The notes beneath the pieces were generated by a model that saw nothing but the letters and a program-made list of their open reading frames with translations, searched no databases and had not been told where the DNA came from. Shown here one piece after another: positions 1 to 11,065 of a stretch of 60,000 nucleotides of DNA. How positions within the stretch are numbered: position 1 is the stretch's first letter; each line of letters starts with the position of its first letter. Origin of the DNA: Amphiscolops sp. MND2022 (taxonomy: Eukaryota); the NCBI GenBank assembly GCA_964187785.1, contig OZ076413.1, positions 42,658,001 to 42,718,000 on the forward strand. Direction: 5' to 3'. Both the position numbers and the translations under genes were made by a program.

Positions 1-1851
1 CTCCAAAGTTGAAAGTCCAGACATAAAAATCGGGAAAATGACTACTTTCAGAAAAAGTACTATCAAATTTTGTTGAGAAAAGATAGAGACCTCATCTAAA
101 ATGCAAAATACTTCTAATGGTTTGGGCTAACGATGTATATAAGCCCCCAGCCTGTATCTTTCAAATTGATTGAGTACTAGCACTCCAAAGTTGAGATTTG
201 CGTGAAAACCGATGGATGATTTTTGACTACCAAACTTTAAAGGCGTTTTTCACTATGAAGGAGTTGAAATAGAAAGAAAACCATGGAGTAAGCTTTTGTA
301 GCCCTTGAATTGTGCTTTCAAATGGTGTACTTGGTTTTTGCCCCCGTGATCGGAACACCTTGTTTTCGCCCTTAGAAGTTGTAACACGAAAATCGACTTT
401 TTTTTTATATGAATTGAAATCGCATTTTAGGTCATTGTAAATTGTAGAAAATTGTTTCCTTCAGCCATTTTTAGCTGAAGAGAGTTGTCAGGAACCGCGT
501 GAGAAAAAGAGACCTGGCAAAAAGTGCAAATGTCAATCAGTAAGCCGAAGTTCTAGTCGTGCTTACAAAAGTGGGAAAAACTGAGTCAGTAACACCGCCC
601 CTTAAATTCTATTGAAAACGAAGTAAAACCACCAGTCATGATTGACAAGGAGGTGGAACTAGGACCGACTCGTGATGAGAAAATGTACTTTTGACGAATC
701 TTCAGTACCGAAGTAAGGAAAACTGATTTGCTCAACACTTAGTCAGAACCCGAAAAAGGAAAGATGATAAACTATGAATAATGATATGACTAAACTGCCG
801 AAAAAGTAACTTAGGCCGAAGTGTGCGCCATTTTAGCGACACACAAAGTGAGTTGAAATCTAGAGAACGGTTTGCTGCTTTGCGTCCGATAGCATCCCGC
901 ATCAGACGCCGGACTATCGAAATTGCAGATTTACTTCGTCTGGCCGGTTAGCCCGTGCCTTCAGCCTAACAACCTGAAGTTGCCTGATTTGTTGCTACCC
1001 CGCTTTTCGCTAGTACGGATTTCGACCCGGGAGTAGGGTGGACTGCTGGTCTATCGTATTACATGTAAAAGAGCCTAAGTGGGCTGATAATACACGGTTG
1101 AGCCTAAGTGGGCTGATAATACACGGTTGAGCCTAAGTGGGCTGATAATACACGGTTAAGCCTAAGTGGGCTGATAATACACGGTTAAGCCTAAGTGGGC
1201 TGATAATACACGGTTTAAGCCTAAGTGGGCTGATAATACACGGTTTAAGCCTAAGTGGGCTGATAATACACGGATTGTTGTTTTCACTCCAAGACCGATA
1301 GAGATTTTGCGGCGAGTTGATTCTTCCGATATCTTCGATATCACCCCCATCCTTACGGATACAAAAAACTTAACCTTGCTGAAATTCTTGTGTACTGTTC
1401 TCTTGTGTTATATGCCTCCTAATTTGCCTCCTAATATACTCAGTAATATTCTCCGCTATTATCGATGTTATCATATTATTCATTCTATTATTCGTGGATG
1501 TGAAATTGTATTTGTGTCTATTACTCGACTTATTTATTTGATGTATAGTAATTAAAGTTCAACCTGCTTCTTTTCATCAGCGAAAAGATAATTTCAGACA
1601 GCCCAAGAGTAGCGAGACAAACCCCTGAAAGAGGGAAAAATAGCAAAGTTGTAAAGATCGTGATTTCCTTGTCACACTTACCCCCACCGCCTTCGATTAA
1701 GTTGATTCGTCTCTTCTTCGGAGTTAATAAAAATTTATGTAGATACTCAGCCAGTCCTTGTCTCGTGCATGGTACCTACGGGTTTAATTGAGTTGTAGTG
1801 GAGCTATTCTCAACAAATAGTTAAAGCTACTGGAAAACTAAAAATCTTACA
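1..1851 (+). repeat. 5' LTR (partial, truncated by window start)
   Basis: Matches 7586..9425, ends ...TCTTACA immediately before the PBS, and has an AATAAA at 1726..1731. Confidence 0.93.
1071..1273. repeat. Tandem array of 7 x 29-30 bp units (AGCCTAAGTGGGCTGATAATACACGGTT[G/A]) inside the LTR
   Basis: Counted directly. Units are near-identical and each holds a short stem-loop (AGCCT-AAGT-GGGCT). Confidence 0.95.
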
Positions 1852-1852
1852 T

Positions 1853-1870
1853 TGGCGCTCCTGGGTGGGC
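1853..1870 (+). promoter_or_regulatory. Primer-binding site, probably tRNA-Asn
   Basis: TGGCGCTCCTGGGTGGGC starts 1 nt after the LTR end and resembles the reverse complement of the tRNA-Asn 3' end (TGGCGTCCCTGGGTGGGC). Confidence 0.8.
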
Positions 1871-1962
1871 TTTCTTTGCTTCTTTGTTATTTCCTCTTTC
1901 TTTGCTTACTTCTTTCCCATACCTTCCCTTCACCCCTTTTGAGTTGCTGAACCCTTTCAACG

Positions 1963-3357
1963 ATGTCTGGAGACGACGACAACGATCAGCAGATCTCCCC
2001 CGTCACCCAAGAAGATTCCAACGGCAGCCACACTTCCGTCACAGGTGGTAGTAAACCACTCCTCAGTAAGTCCACTAAATTTTCCTTCGTAGGATTGGCC
2101 GACACGGAAAAGGAGTGTAAACGAGATGCTTATCGGCGATTGAAAGAAATGGAAAAAGAAATAAAAAGATTCAAAATTGAAGCAGACTTAGATTCGGACG
2201 ACTCCATGGTCCTTGAAAATGAATCTAGAAAAAGACAAAAACCCCTGTACGAAAAATCGCCAATAAAACCAGAAAAGTTCCCCGGCAAAGATTACAACCG
2301 CTGGGAAAATTGGGTAAAACACTTCAAAGCAGTTGCCAAAGCCAATGGGTGGAATGATAGTCAAAAAATTGCTGCAATACCTACTTGTTTAACATCTTGG
2401 GCTATTGAAGAATTTGAAACTGTCCCCAAAAGATATATTGAAAAAGAACCCGGTTCTTATCCCCCACGTTTTGATGAACTCCTTGAAATTTTGAAACCCA
2501 AAATGCAGCAATATCGCAGCCAGCGAGCTACGCGGTCGGAATTTAAAGCAATTAAACAGTGGGAAAATGAAGACCTAAGAGACTACTCGAGAAGAGTACG
2601 TCAACTCGCTGATATAGCCTTTCCTGAAAAATCGCTCCGGGAAAGGGAACGTGATATGAGGGATCAATTTATTGAAGGGCTTTTTGATTCGCGAATACAA
2701 CTTAGTTTGTATGAAGACGAGCGTGACCGTGATTTCGGGGAAACTTTGCAACGAGCACAGGAACTCGAAATAATCCACAAGACTCATGAATCAAAAAGAG
2801 AGCGGAAACTTGATAAATTGCGCTATTCGTATGACGAATATGAGGATCCCGATCTAGTGAGAGCTGGCTATTCGAGTAACAACCAAATCGAAGAAAAATT
2901 TGCCGCCCTTCAAACATCTTTAACCAATGTGGCAAGTCGCTTTGATCGATTTGAAAATTCCATCTGTCAGCAAATATCCAAGCAAACCGATCAAATAACG
3001 AAAAACTTAGAACAAAGTTCCTCGAAACAAGTCGAAATGATGACCAGACAAAACGAAATCGTAATGCAGGGTATGAAAGACATGTCATCTGCGATCGTAG
3101 GAGCGTTAGGAAGTTCGCAAAGGCCGGTTGGTGGGCAGCCTCAGAGTTGGCAAGCTCCCCATTTTCAAGCCCCTCTCAATCCTAACTATCGCGCGCCTCT
3201 AAATAGGGCAGGATCGTCGGGTCAGCTAAATGTTTCGCACCCTCCCCCCGAAGAAGCGGAATGTTTTAATTGTAAGGCGATAGGTCACTACGCTAAGCAA
3301 TGTCCAAGTCTTCCGCAGTCTAATTCTTTAAACTACCGACAGCCGAGTATGCAGTAG
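1963..3357 (+). CDS. gag: Retrotransposon Gag (464 aa, intact)
   Basis: Capsid-like PEKFPG..W..HF..VAKANGW and QWENEDLRDY..RVRQLA motifs, plus a C-terminal zinc knuckle CFNCKAIGHYAKQC. Confidence 0.93.
   Translation: MSGDDDNDQQISPVTQEDSNGSHTSVTGGSKPLLSKSTKFSFVGLADTEKECKRDAYRRLKEMEKEIKRFKIEADLDSDDSMVLENESRKRQKPLYEKSPIKPEKFPGKDYNRWENWVKHFKAVAKANGWNDSQKIAAIPTCLTSWAIEEFETVPKRYIEKEPGSYPPRFDELLEILKPKMQQYRSQRATRSEFKAIKQWENEDLRDYSRRVRQLADIAFPEKSLRERERDMRDQFIEGLFDSRIQLSLYEDERDRDFGETLQRAQELEIIHKTHESKRERKLDKLRYSYDEYEDPDLVRAGYSSNNQIEEKFAALQTSLTNVASRFDRFENSICQQISKQTDQITKNLEQSSSKQVEMMTRQNEIVMQGMKDMSSAIVGALGSSQRPVGGQPQSWQAPHFQAPLNPNYRAPLNRAGSSGQLNVSHPPPEEAECFNCKAIGHYAKQCPSLPQSNSLNYRQPSMQ
3327..3333 (+). 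promoter_or_regulatory. -1 ribosomal frameshift slippery heptamer T TTA AAC
   Basis: X XXY YYZ pattern in gag phase near the gag end. The -1 frame is open from here to 4022. Confidence 0.75.
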
Positions 3358-4022
3358 CAGGCTCTACTCGCGCTTGGGATTCCATCCCTTCCCCAGCTGC
3401 TACAAATTTTCCGCAAACAAGTCAGCGTGTTCGTTCTAGGTCTAGGAGTAACGATAGCCGTTTGCGACAGCGCAATCGCAGTAGGCGGATCGACCCCGAA
3501 ACTTGGAAACAAATGTGTGAGGAGTTTGGACCGGAAAAGTGGCAAAATATCCATTTTAATCGTCTTAAACCGTATCTTGGCGAATCCCTCCCGAAACGAT
3601 CCGAACGAGTGGCGACAAAAACGCTTCCGAGTTATGAAGAAGTCGCAGATGAATCCGATTCATCCGACCAAGAGACCGAAAATAGACCGTATCATGTGTT
3701 CCGCCCTACTTCGGCGGAAATCCAAGCCAATAGAAACCGGCCGCACGTGTCATTTCATGACGTTCCCCGCGTGATAAACGCCGAAAGCGACGAAGAGACT
3801 ACTCTGACTAATTGCCCGTTGTATATAGACGTCCCCGCACCGTCAGAGGAGTCTTCATTTCCTGTTTATGAAGAAATAAACGACAATAGAAATACTTCGC
3901 CTCCTTCAGACGAGGAGGACAACGAAAGCGAACGTTCAGATTCGCTGATAATCGAAACGACACGGAATCGTCGACCGCCAGTACGCTTCGGCATAGACGA
4001 GTACGTGGTAAATCCAAAATAA
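3333..4022 (+). pseudogene. pol: Internally deleted pol: N-terminal linker fused in frame to the integrase C-terminal tail; no protease, RT, RNase H or DDE core
   Basis: The -1 frame reads LPTAEYAVAGSTRAW...EEFGPEKWQNIHFNRLKPY...RNRRPPVRFG. HFNRLKPY and RxRRPPxRF are typical Gypsy integrase-tail motifs. Confidence 0.8.
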
Positions 4023-4766
4023 CATTAATGTCTTCGGGTGATGGTCAGGTGAGTTGAGTCATCCGAAGTAGTGAAGCTCATCATTCGATTAGCCGTTCGC
4101 GAGCATGACTAATCGAATTACTTGTAAGCTCGGACTGTCAATCATGAGGTGATGAGTTCGAAAAGTAGTGTCATCCGTGTCGCTACCGGCTCTCCTTCAT
4201 TTAGTTTTGCCTTAACCTAATTGCCTCAGTCGCCAGAATTGGAAAATTGTAGTCATCGTACCTACAATCAATTCGATTGACTTACAAAAAAACCGTATTT
4301 AACCTCTATATGTCTATGTGTTGTGTTGTCGGAAAATTTTTTTTCCATGCTTGAAAAATTCGACTCGCTAGTATAGTCGGAAGATTATGTAAATGTAGTA
4401 TTTGTGTTGACGTAATCGGGTACCGGCGTGAAAAGTAAGAACTCGTTTGGAACCAGCGATGAGGATTGTCCGCCTAGGTTCGCGCGAATGACCTTTCGTA
4501 ACTACGAAATCGCAGAAATGACATGTCAAAACAATGTCGCTAACCAAGTCTCGGTACGTTAACTGAAGAAGATCCAGAAGAGAGACTATCCCCCCTTCCT
4601 GAAAATATTCGAGTTCCAGTCGTATACAGTTTCAGACACGAAAGATTTGCTAAGGGGGATTGCAAGTTTATTCCGTTGTACTGACTCTGCAACCTGCCTC
4701 AGGTAAATTCAGCGAAGTAGTTTGCTTCTCTACGACTACTATTCAGAAAAGTGAAAGTATTCATCT

Positions 4767-5088
4767 TCAGTAATGTATCACAATTTTGGGGTGTCCTAAT
4801 ATTGTTTGGGATGTTATATATGCCGACCGAAAGAACAACCAACAACTTGGCTGATCTCGGAGAGAGAAGTGTGTTTTGACTTCAGCAACGTTGCCGTCGA
4901 CGAAGTTCAACACTCCCCTTGTCAACAAGACGACAATGTGTCCTGAGATGATCCGAATGTTAATTCTGGGTGGATGAAGCCTATCAGCGCTAGTACAGAA
5001 CCCTACACGTGAGATGAACCTTTTCACAATGATAAATTGTACCCAGAATAAATCCACGCACCTTAAAACCCCCCTGTATTTATTTGCC
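4767..5088 (-). CDS. Candidate antisense exon or ORF of unknown function between pol and the PPT
   Basis: The 96-aa ORF (4767..5057) extends without stops to a minus-strand acceptor-like CCTTTCTTTAG near 5089. No domain recognised. Confidence 0.3.
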
Positions 5089-5560
5089 CTAAAGAAAGGC
5101 TCAAAAACTATATTTTCCTCGCTTGGACAGAAAATTGAAATAATTAAATAAATAATAAATTCTAGGGAATAAACTAAGAAATCCAGTCTGTAAGAATGTG
5201 AATTAAAAAAAAGATAGAGAAATGGTTCTTTTTAATAAACAACCCTTTATTTTCCAAAATCTTAAATTGGATTGAAAAAGAGGAAAATTTTGAGAAAGAA
5301 TGAAAATTTTTCATGGATTTAATGTATTTTAAAGAAAAGAGTGATTTCGTATTTAATTAGGAGGATTGTTAATAGAGTGTGAAGTGATTTTTATATTGTT
5401 ATCATTGTATTTCAAGCACTTGTTTACAAAATAAAAGAGATTAAGTTGATGAAACAAGGCTACATTACAACCTGACTGGACTACGAATTGACGAATAAGA
5501 ACGCTCCTACTAAGGGAATAAAATTTAAATAAACCAACTACTCAGGAGAGTAGTAGTCCA

Positions 5561-5572
5561 AGTGGGGGGGAA
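5561..5572 (+). promoter_or_regulatory. Polypurine tract
   Basis: AGTGGGGGGGAA lies directly before TGTAGGATTTT. Confidence 0.8.
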
Positions 5573-5686
5573 TGTAGGATTTTTGACCTTTTTTCATATG
5601 TATAGTAAAGAAGTTTATTTAAATTAATTACTCAGCAAGGTTATGAAAACGAACCGGGGGTGTTATCGACTAATTAAACAAAAGAA

Positions 5687-6678
5687 TCAAACAGATAAAT
5701 TAGAAAGTAAGTGCGGACAATAAGTCTCCCAATAAGTCCAGTGTTTGCGCAAATTCTCTTTAGATGCTTGAGGGCCCTTTGCGGGAGTAAATACCCAATT
5801 TCGTAGTGCCTCTCTGCCCTGTGTCCGTAAAATCTTCCTCCAGGTGCCACGTCGAACTCCTATGATGTACTCATCCAGTGTCCGAGTAATGATGGTTGAA
5901 TCAGCAATGGTAGACGCGTCCCACCCCGATAAAATAGTAGGCTTACCTGTGTCTAGGGTAAGACGGCGTGAGGCCGCAAACTAGGAACGTAAATTAAATC
6001 CCCCGGCCGCTGAATAGTAAATCTTAAATAATTAGCCTCCTTGTCCCGTGGCCCCCTTTGAACGAAATCAATGAAGTTATTTGCATTATTGCAGCAACGT
6101 TCTAACAAACGAGAAGAGATATTAGTGGTGGTCGCACACCATATTTTGATTCCCGTATGCAGAAGTGCATAAGAAGCGCCTCCTCCAACTTCAATATGCG
6201 CATACGAAAACCAAGGGCCCTGTACTAATAAACCTATACAGCTAGTTACAATTTGATCAAGAAATGAAAAAGACGTAAGACAATTGGCAAAGTCCATATC
6301 CCCTTGCATAGAATTAATAAATTCGCGAGTTACAGAATACTCCGGGCCTTTTGTAATATTAACTAAAGGATAATCAGGAATGTTCTCAAAATTAGCCCAA
6401 ACTAAATCAGGTTTATCAGAAAGCTGTTTTAAAATGCCCCTAGGCTGAACATTAACGCCGGCAAGAATGCAAGGCTGCGGGGGGGGAATAGAATTAAAAT
6501 TAACAGGGGAAATAGTGGGGAAACGGGGCCAAAGTTCATGAATTATAGTAAAGTCAGAAACAGAGTTATTAGCATTAAAAGTGTTGTAAATGTCATTCAT
6601 ACGGTCAACCACACTCTGACTACGTGTTGAGTAATCAGTTTTGTACTTTAAAGATCGAGGATTAGAAGATGAAGCCAT
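5687..6678 (-). CDS. JmjC-domain Fe(II)/2-oxoglutarate dioxygenase (demethylase/hydroxylase-like), ~330 aa, with one 1-bp frameshift near 5960
   Basis: GPWFSYAHIEVGGGASYALLHTGIKIW ... QRPGDLIYVPSLRPHAVL gives HxE, GxKxW and QxPGD..P...HAV. After the shift the frame continues TLDTGKPTILSGW...LLSNLSV to a TGA at 5689..5687. Confidence 0.85.
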
Positions 6679-8644
6679 TTTCACGGTATGTAGAATTTAG
6701 TCAAAATCGCTATGTTAATACGTGTATTTGAGGGTATGCGAGAGTGAAACTTCACAGTACGCGGTATAAGCATTGAATGCAACTCACCTAAGCGTGTCAG
6801 AAAGCGAAAGGAATGAAAATTAGAACGCGCTGTGAGTGGCTGTACGCGTAGCTAATAAGAAAACGGCCGCCGCACACTTTGAATTAATCCCCCCTCTTAA
6901 TAGAAATTAAAAATCAAAACCCGATTCCTCGAAGATGAAAAAAGAGCAACAAACGGTTTTCAGCATTCGAAAGCCCATCCAAAGAAGAGCTTAAGTTGAG
7001 AATATGAGCGTTGTGCGACCCCGGGAACATATCGGGGGAAGCTTTGAAAATAAGTGCATATAAAATTTTGACGATTTTCCAAAATTGAGTTTCCTTTAAA
7101 AATTTCGTGTGATCGCTACAGTTGTCAGAAGATGTTCGGATATAGCTTAAATTAAAGATAAATGGATGCCCTAACTTGTGTTAATTGGAAAATAAATAAT
7201 ATTCAGTAGTTTTTGAGAACTGAGCCAGCAAACGTTAAAAACAGCCCTAAAATGGCCTAAAAAGCCGTTTTTCGCATGTTATCGCTTAGTACTCAACGTG
7301 TAAGCGCACAATAGCCGCCCCCTTCACAGCGTACTTGAGAATTGAAGTGGAGGAGTGAATAGAATAATAAATAGAGTGCTGCGGCGCGCTAGCGAAGAAC
7401 CCCCAAGAATTTAAAGTTGTGATTTCTTTCTGCCGATAGGGATGTCGACCTACCAAAATGCGAACCCCCCCCCGCACGTTTTGTGCGATATCGAGCTGAA
7501 ACTTTCAGTAGACGCACAAGACCCAGGCGCACAGCGTTTAGCAGAAGCGTTTTTCCGAAAAATGCCCTGGTTTCGAGATATTGGCCTCCAAAGTTGAAAG
7601 TCCAGACATAAAAATCGGGAAAATGACTACTTTCAGAAAAAGTACTATCAAATTTTGTTGAGAAAAGATAGAGACCTCATCTAAAGTGCAAAATACTTCT
7701 AATGGCTTGGGCTAACGATGTATATAAGCCCCCAGCCTGTATCTTTCAAATTGATTGAGTACTAGTTGAGATTTGCGTGAAAACCGATGGATGATTTTTG
7801 ACTACCAAACTTTAAAGGCGTTTTTCACTATGAAGGAGTTGAAATAGAAAGAAAACCATGGAGTAAGCTTTTGTAGCCCTTGAATTGTACTTTCAAATGG
7901 TGTATTTGGTTTTTGCCCCCCGTGATCGGAACACCTTGTTTTTGCCCTTAGAAGTTGTAACACGAAAAAAGACTTTTTTTATATGAATTGAAATCGCATT
8001 TTAGGTCATTGTAAATTGTAGAAAATTGTTTCCTTCAGCCATTTTTAGCTGAAGAGAGTTGTCAGGAACCGCGTGAGAAAAAGAGACCTGGCAAAAAGTG
8101 CAAATGTCAATCAGTAAGCCGAAGTTCTAGTCGTGCTTACAAAAGTGGGAAAAACTGAGTCAGTAACACCGCCCCTTAAATTCTATTGAAAACGAAGTAA
8201 AACCACCAGTCATGATTGACAAGGAGGTGGAACTAGGACCGACTCGTGATGAGAAAATGTACTTTTGACGAATCTTCAGTACCGAAGTAAGGAAAACTGA
8301 TTTGCTCAACACTTAGTCAGAACCCGAAAAAGGAAAGATGATAAACTATGAATAATGATATGACTAAACTGCCGAAAAAGTAACTTAGGCCGAAGTGTGC
8401 GCCATTTTAGCGACACACAAAGTGAGTTTAAATCTAGAGAACGGTTTGCTGCTTTGCGTCCGATAGCATCCCGCATCAGACGCCGGACTATCGAAATTAT
8501 AGATTTACTTCGTCTGGCCGGTTCGCCCGTGCCTTCAGCCTAACAACCTGAAGTTGCCTGATTTGTTGCTACCCCGCTTTTCGCTAGTACGGATTTCGAC
8601 CCGGGAGTAGGGTGGACTGCTGGTCTATCGTATTACATGTAAAA

Positions 8645-8847
8645 GAGCCTAAGTGGGCTGATAATACACGGTTGAGCCTAAGTGGGCTGATAATACACGG
8701 TTGAGCCTAAGTGGGCTGATAATACACGGTTAAGCCTAAGTGGGCTGATAATACACGGTTAAGCCTAAGTGGGCTGATAATACACGGTTTAAGCCTAAGT
8801 GGGCTGATAATACACGGTTTAAGCCTAAGTGGGCTGATAATACACGG
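8645..8847. repeat. Second copy of the 7 x 29-30 bp LTR tandem array
   Basis: Identical to 1071..1273. Confidence 0.95.
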
Positions 8848-11065
8848 ATTGTTGTTTTCACTCCAAGACCGATAGAGATTTTGCGGCGAGTTGATTCTTC
8901 CGATATCTTCGATATCACCCCCATCCTTACGGATACAAAAAACTTAACCTTGCTGAAATTCTTGTGTACTGTTCTCTTGTGTTATATGCCTCCTAATTTG
9001 CCTCCTAATATACTCAGTAATATTCTCCGCTATTATCGATGTTATCATATTATTCATTCTATTATTCGTGGATGTGAAATTGTATTTGTGTCTATTACTC
9101 GACTTATTTATTTGATGTATAGTAATTAAAGTTCAACCTGCTTCTTTTCATCAGCGAAAAGATAATTTCAGACAGCCCAAGAGTAGCGAGACAAACCCCT
9201 GAAAGAGGGAAAAATAGCAAAGTTGTAAAGATCGTGATTTCCTTGTCACACTTACCCCCACCGCCTTCGATTAAGTTGATTCGTCTCTTCTTCGGAGTTA
9301 ATAAAAATTTATGTAGATACTCAGCCAGTCCTTGTCTCGTGCATGGTACCTACGGGTTTAATTGAGTTGTAGTGGAGCTATTCTCAACAAATAGTTAAAG
9401 CTACTGGAAAACTAAAAATCTTACATCAATTATTCGAAATCAATTTCAAATCCTTGTAAGTTTTGGTAGTTGACGTAATGATGAAGATTGTAAAGCTGGT
9501 CGCTTTTAAAGAAGCCCTGATTAAACATTCTTCCTATAGGGACAAAGGATTGAAAAGTGCTTTCCTTTTTGTAACCGCACAGAACTTTTCACGTCTTTGA
9601 CTTTTGAGAGGTGAGTGTAAAATCTTAACTGAGTGAAAACATTTAGCGTAGACAACTTTTTTTCAGGAAATTGAATTTTGATTCAAGAAGAAAAACACGC
9701 AAGAAGTATGGACCGTAATGGACATGAAAAAACTTCAAGAAAAAAATTACACAAAACCGTCAGAAACTTAGAAAAGAAGATGGCTACTCTAGTTGAACGT
9801 GCTGCAAACGCTGCATCTTGTATTGCAGGACTTGCATTTAAAGCTTGCAGGAAAATGTTCATACAGAACATCGAAAGTTTTAGGAGCTTGCATGGAAAAA
9901 ATTGTAAGTTTTCTCTGTAGCTTTCATCGTTGCAATGGAATAAGAATTTATTTTCCAATTGCTACCTGGCTTGACCAGTTGGTTATCATGATTTTGCTTC
10001 TCAACTGCTCATTTTTTTGAGGCAGGAAATGCAATTTTTGCGTGCTATTTGACTAACGGTGATTACAGAAGCTTCTTACTCGAGAAACTTACGCGTGAAA
10101 ACAAAGTGATCGCGGCGGTGAAAAAGTGGAAATGTTATCACTTTTATTTAAAATAGTGGAAGCTGCATTGTAATCCTACAAAATTTCTCCATGAGTGCTT
10201 TCAGCATTTTCTATGTTTATCAAAATTCTAGAATGCATGCATGGATGCAACATGGAAAACTTTCCGGCAGGTTCGACTTGGGGAGTAGTGTTTCAGGATA
10301 TTGATTGCGTAACAAAGTTCGAAATATTCGAAGTTGCTCAAAATACTGAGACAACTTTTTAACATTTCAATCGATTTCAAAACATAAAATAGTTGTAATT
10401 CTGATTGAAGTCGTAGAAACTTTTACCCCTGGGACTTTTTTGTTGTTTGCATGCCCAAAGAAAAAATGCACTTTTAAAGTTTTTCCTGTGATATTAGCTG
10501 TCTTTAGTGATTTGGTGCCATAGTGTACTTTGAAAGTTTTGAGTTGATCAGCACTAAATTAATAAGATAATAATGAAAATTCCAGTTGCAAGTTGCTACC
10601 TGGGAAACCTTTCACCTTTAAGTTGCTGTCCTGTTTGGTATGAGTAAATCTTTTAAGAATTTCGACAAAAATGACAATGCTTGGACGTTTAATAGCCTAT
10701 TCAAGTAGCAATTTTTTAACCAAAACCCTCGTAAGAAAATGCGTTATTTGACACTAACTCTTACGTGATTCTTGTTAAATTTGCGAACTTCAACTAGAAA
10801 TGGAACAAAAAACGCATAAATTTTACAAAATTCCTACAAAATTTACATCGTTCGACTTGAGGAAATATTGAAAAAAAGTCGGTGCTAACCTATTTATTAA
10901 TCAAAAAAATTGGTACCATTTTCATACCCTCAACCTTAGCTTTTTGCAACAAAAGGACCCTATCTCTCTCAAAAACAGTGATTTTAGACGCTATTCCAGT
11001 GAAATACAGTGTTTACAGATCTTATTCCATCTATTATTTAAATTTTAAATTTTGGGTTGTTTCAG

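Larger units (their letters stand above)
1..9425 (+). mobile_element. Non-autonomous Ty3/Gypsy-type LTR retrotransposon (5' end lies upstream of the window): LTR - PBS - gag - deleted pol - PPT - long LTR carrying a JmjC gene
   Basis: 1..1851 is repeated at 7586..9425 (~99% identical by eye), and both copies end in AAAATCTTACA. A PBS follows the first copy, then a gag ORF with a CCHC knuckle, a pol remnant with an integrase-tail motif (IHFNRLKPY) and a PPT at 5561..5572. Confidence 0.93.
5573..9425 (+). repeat. 3' LTR, ~3853 bp
   Basis: Starts TGTAGGATTTT after the PPT and ends AAAATCTTACA, a 10/11 inverted-repeat match. Only 7586..9425 can be confirmed by duplication inside the window. Confidence 0.8.

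Noticed and set aside
1071..1273. 29-bp hairpin repeats as a CRISPR array
   Set aside because: Units are contiguous with no unique spacers, there are no cas genes, and the context is a eukaryotic LTR.
1162..1555. ORFs 1162..1350 and 1307..1555 (and their copies at 8736 and 8881)
   Set aside because: Products of the tandem array and low-complexity LTR sequence; they are identical only because the LTR is duplicated.
1..9425. Duplication 1..1851 / 7586..9425 as a segmental duplication or assembly error
   Set aside because: It ends exactly at CA followed by a PBS, a PPT and inverted terminus are present, and the copies differ at several sites.
9540..9616. Possible extra RasGRP exon ending at GTGAGT (9611)
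   Set aside because: The frames I translated do not resemble the CDC25 domain.
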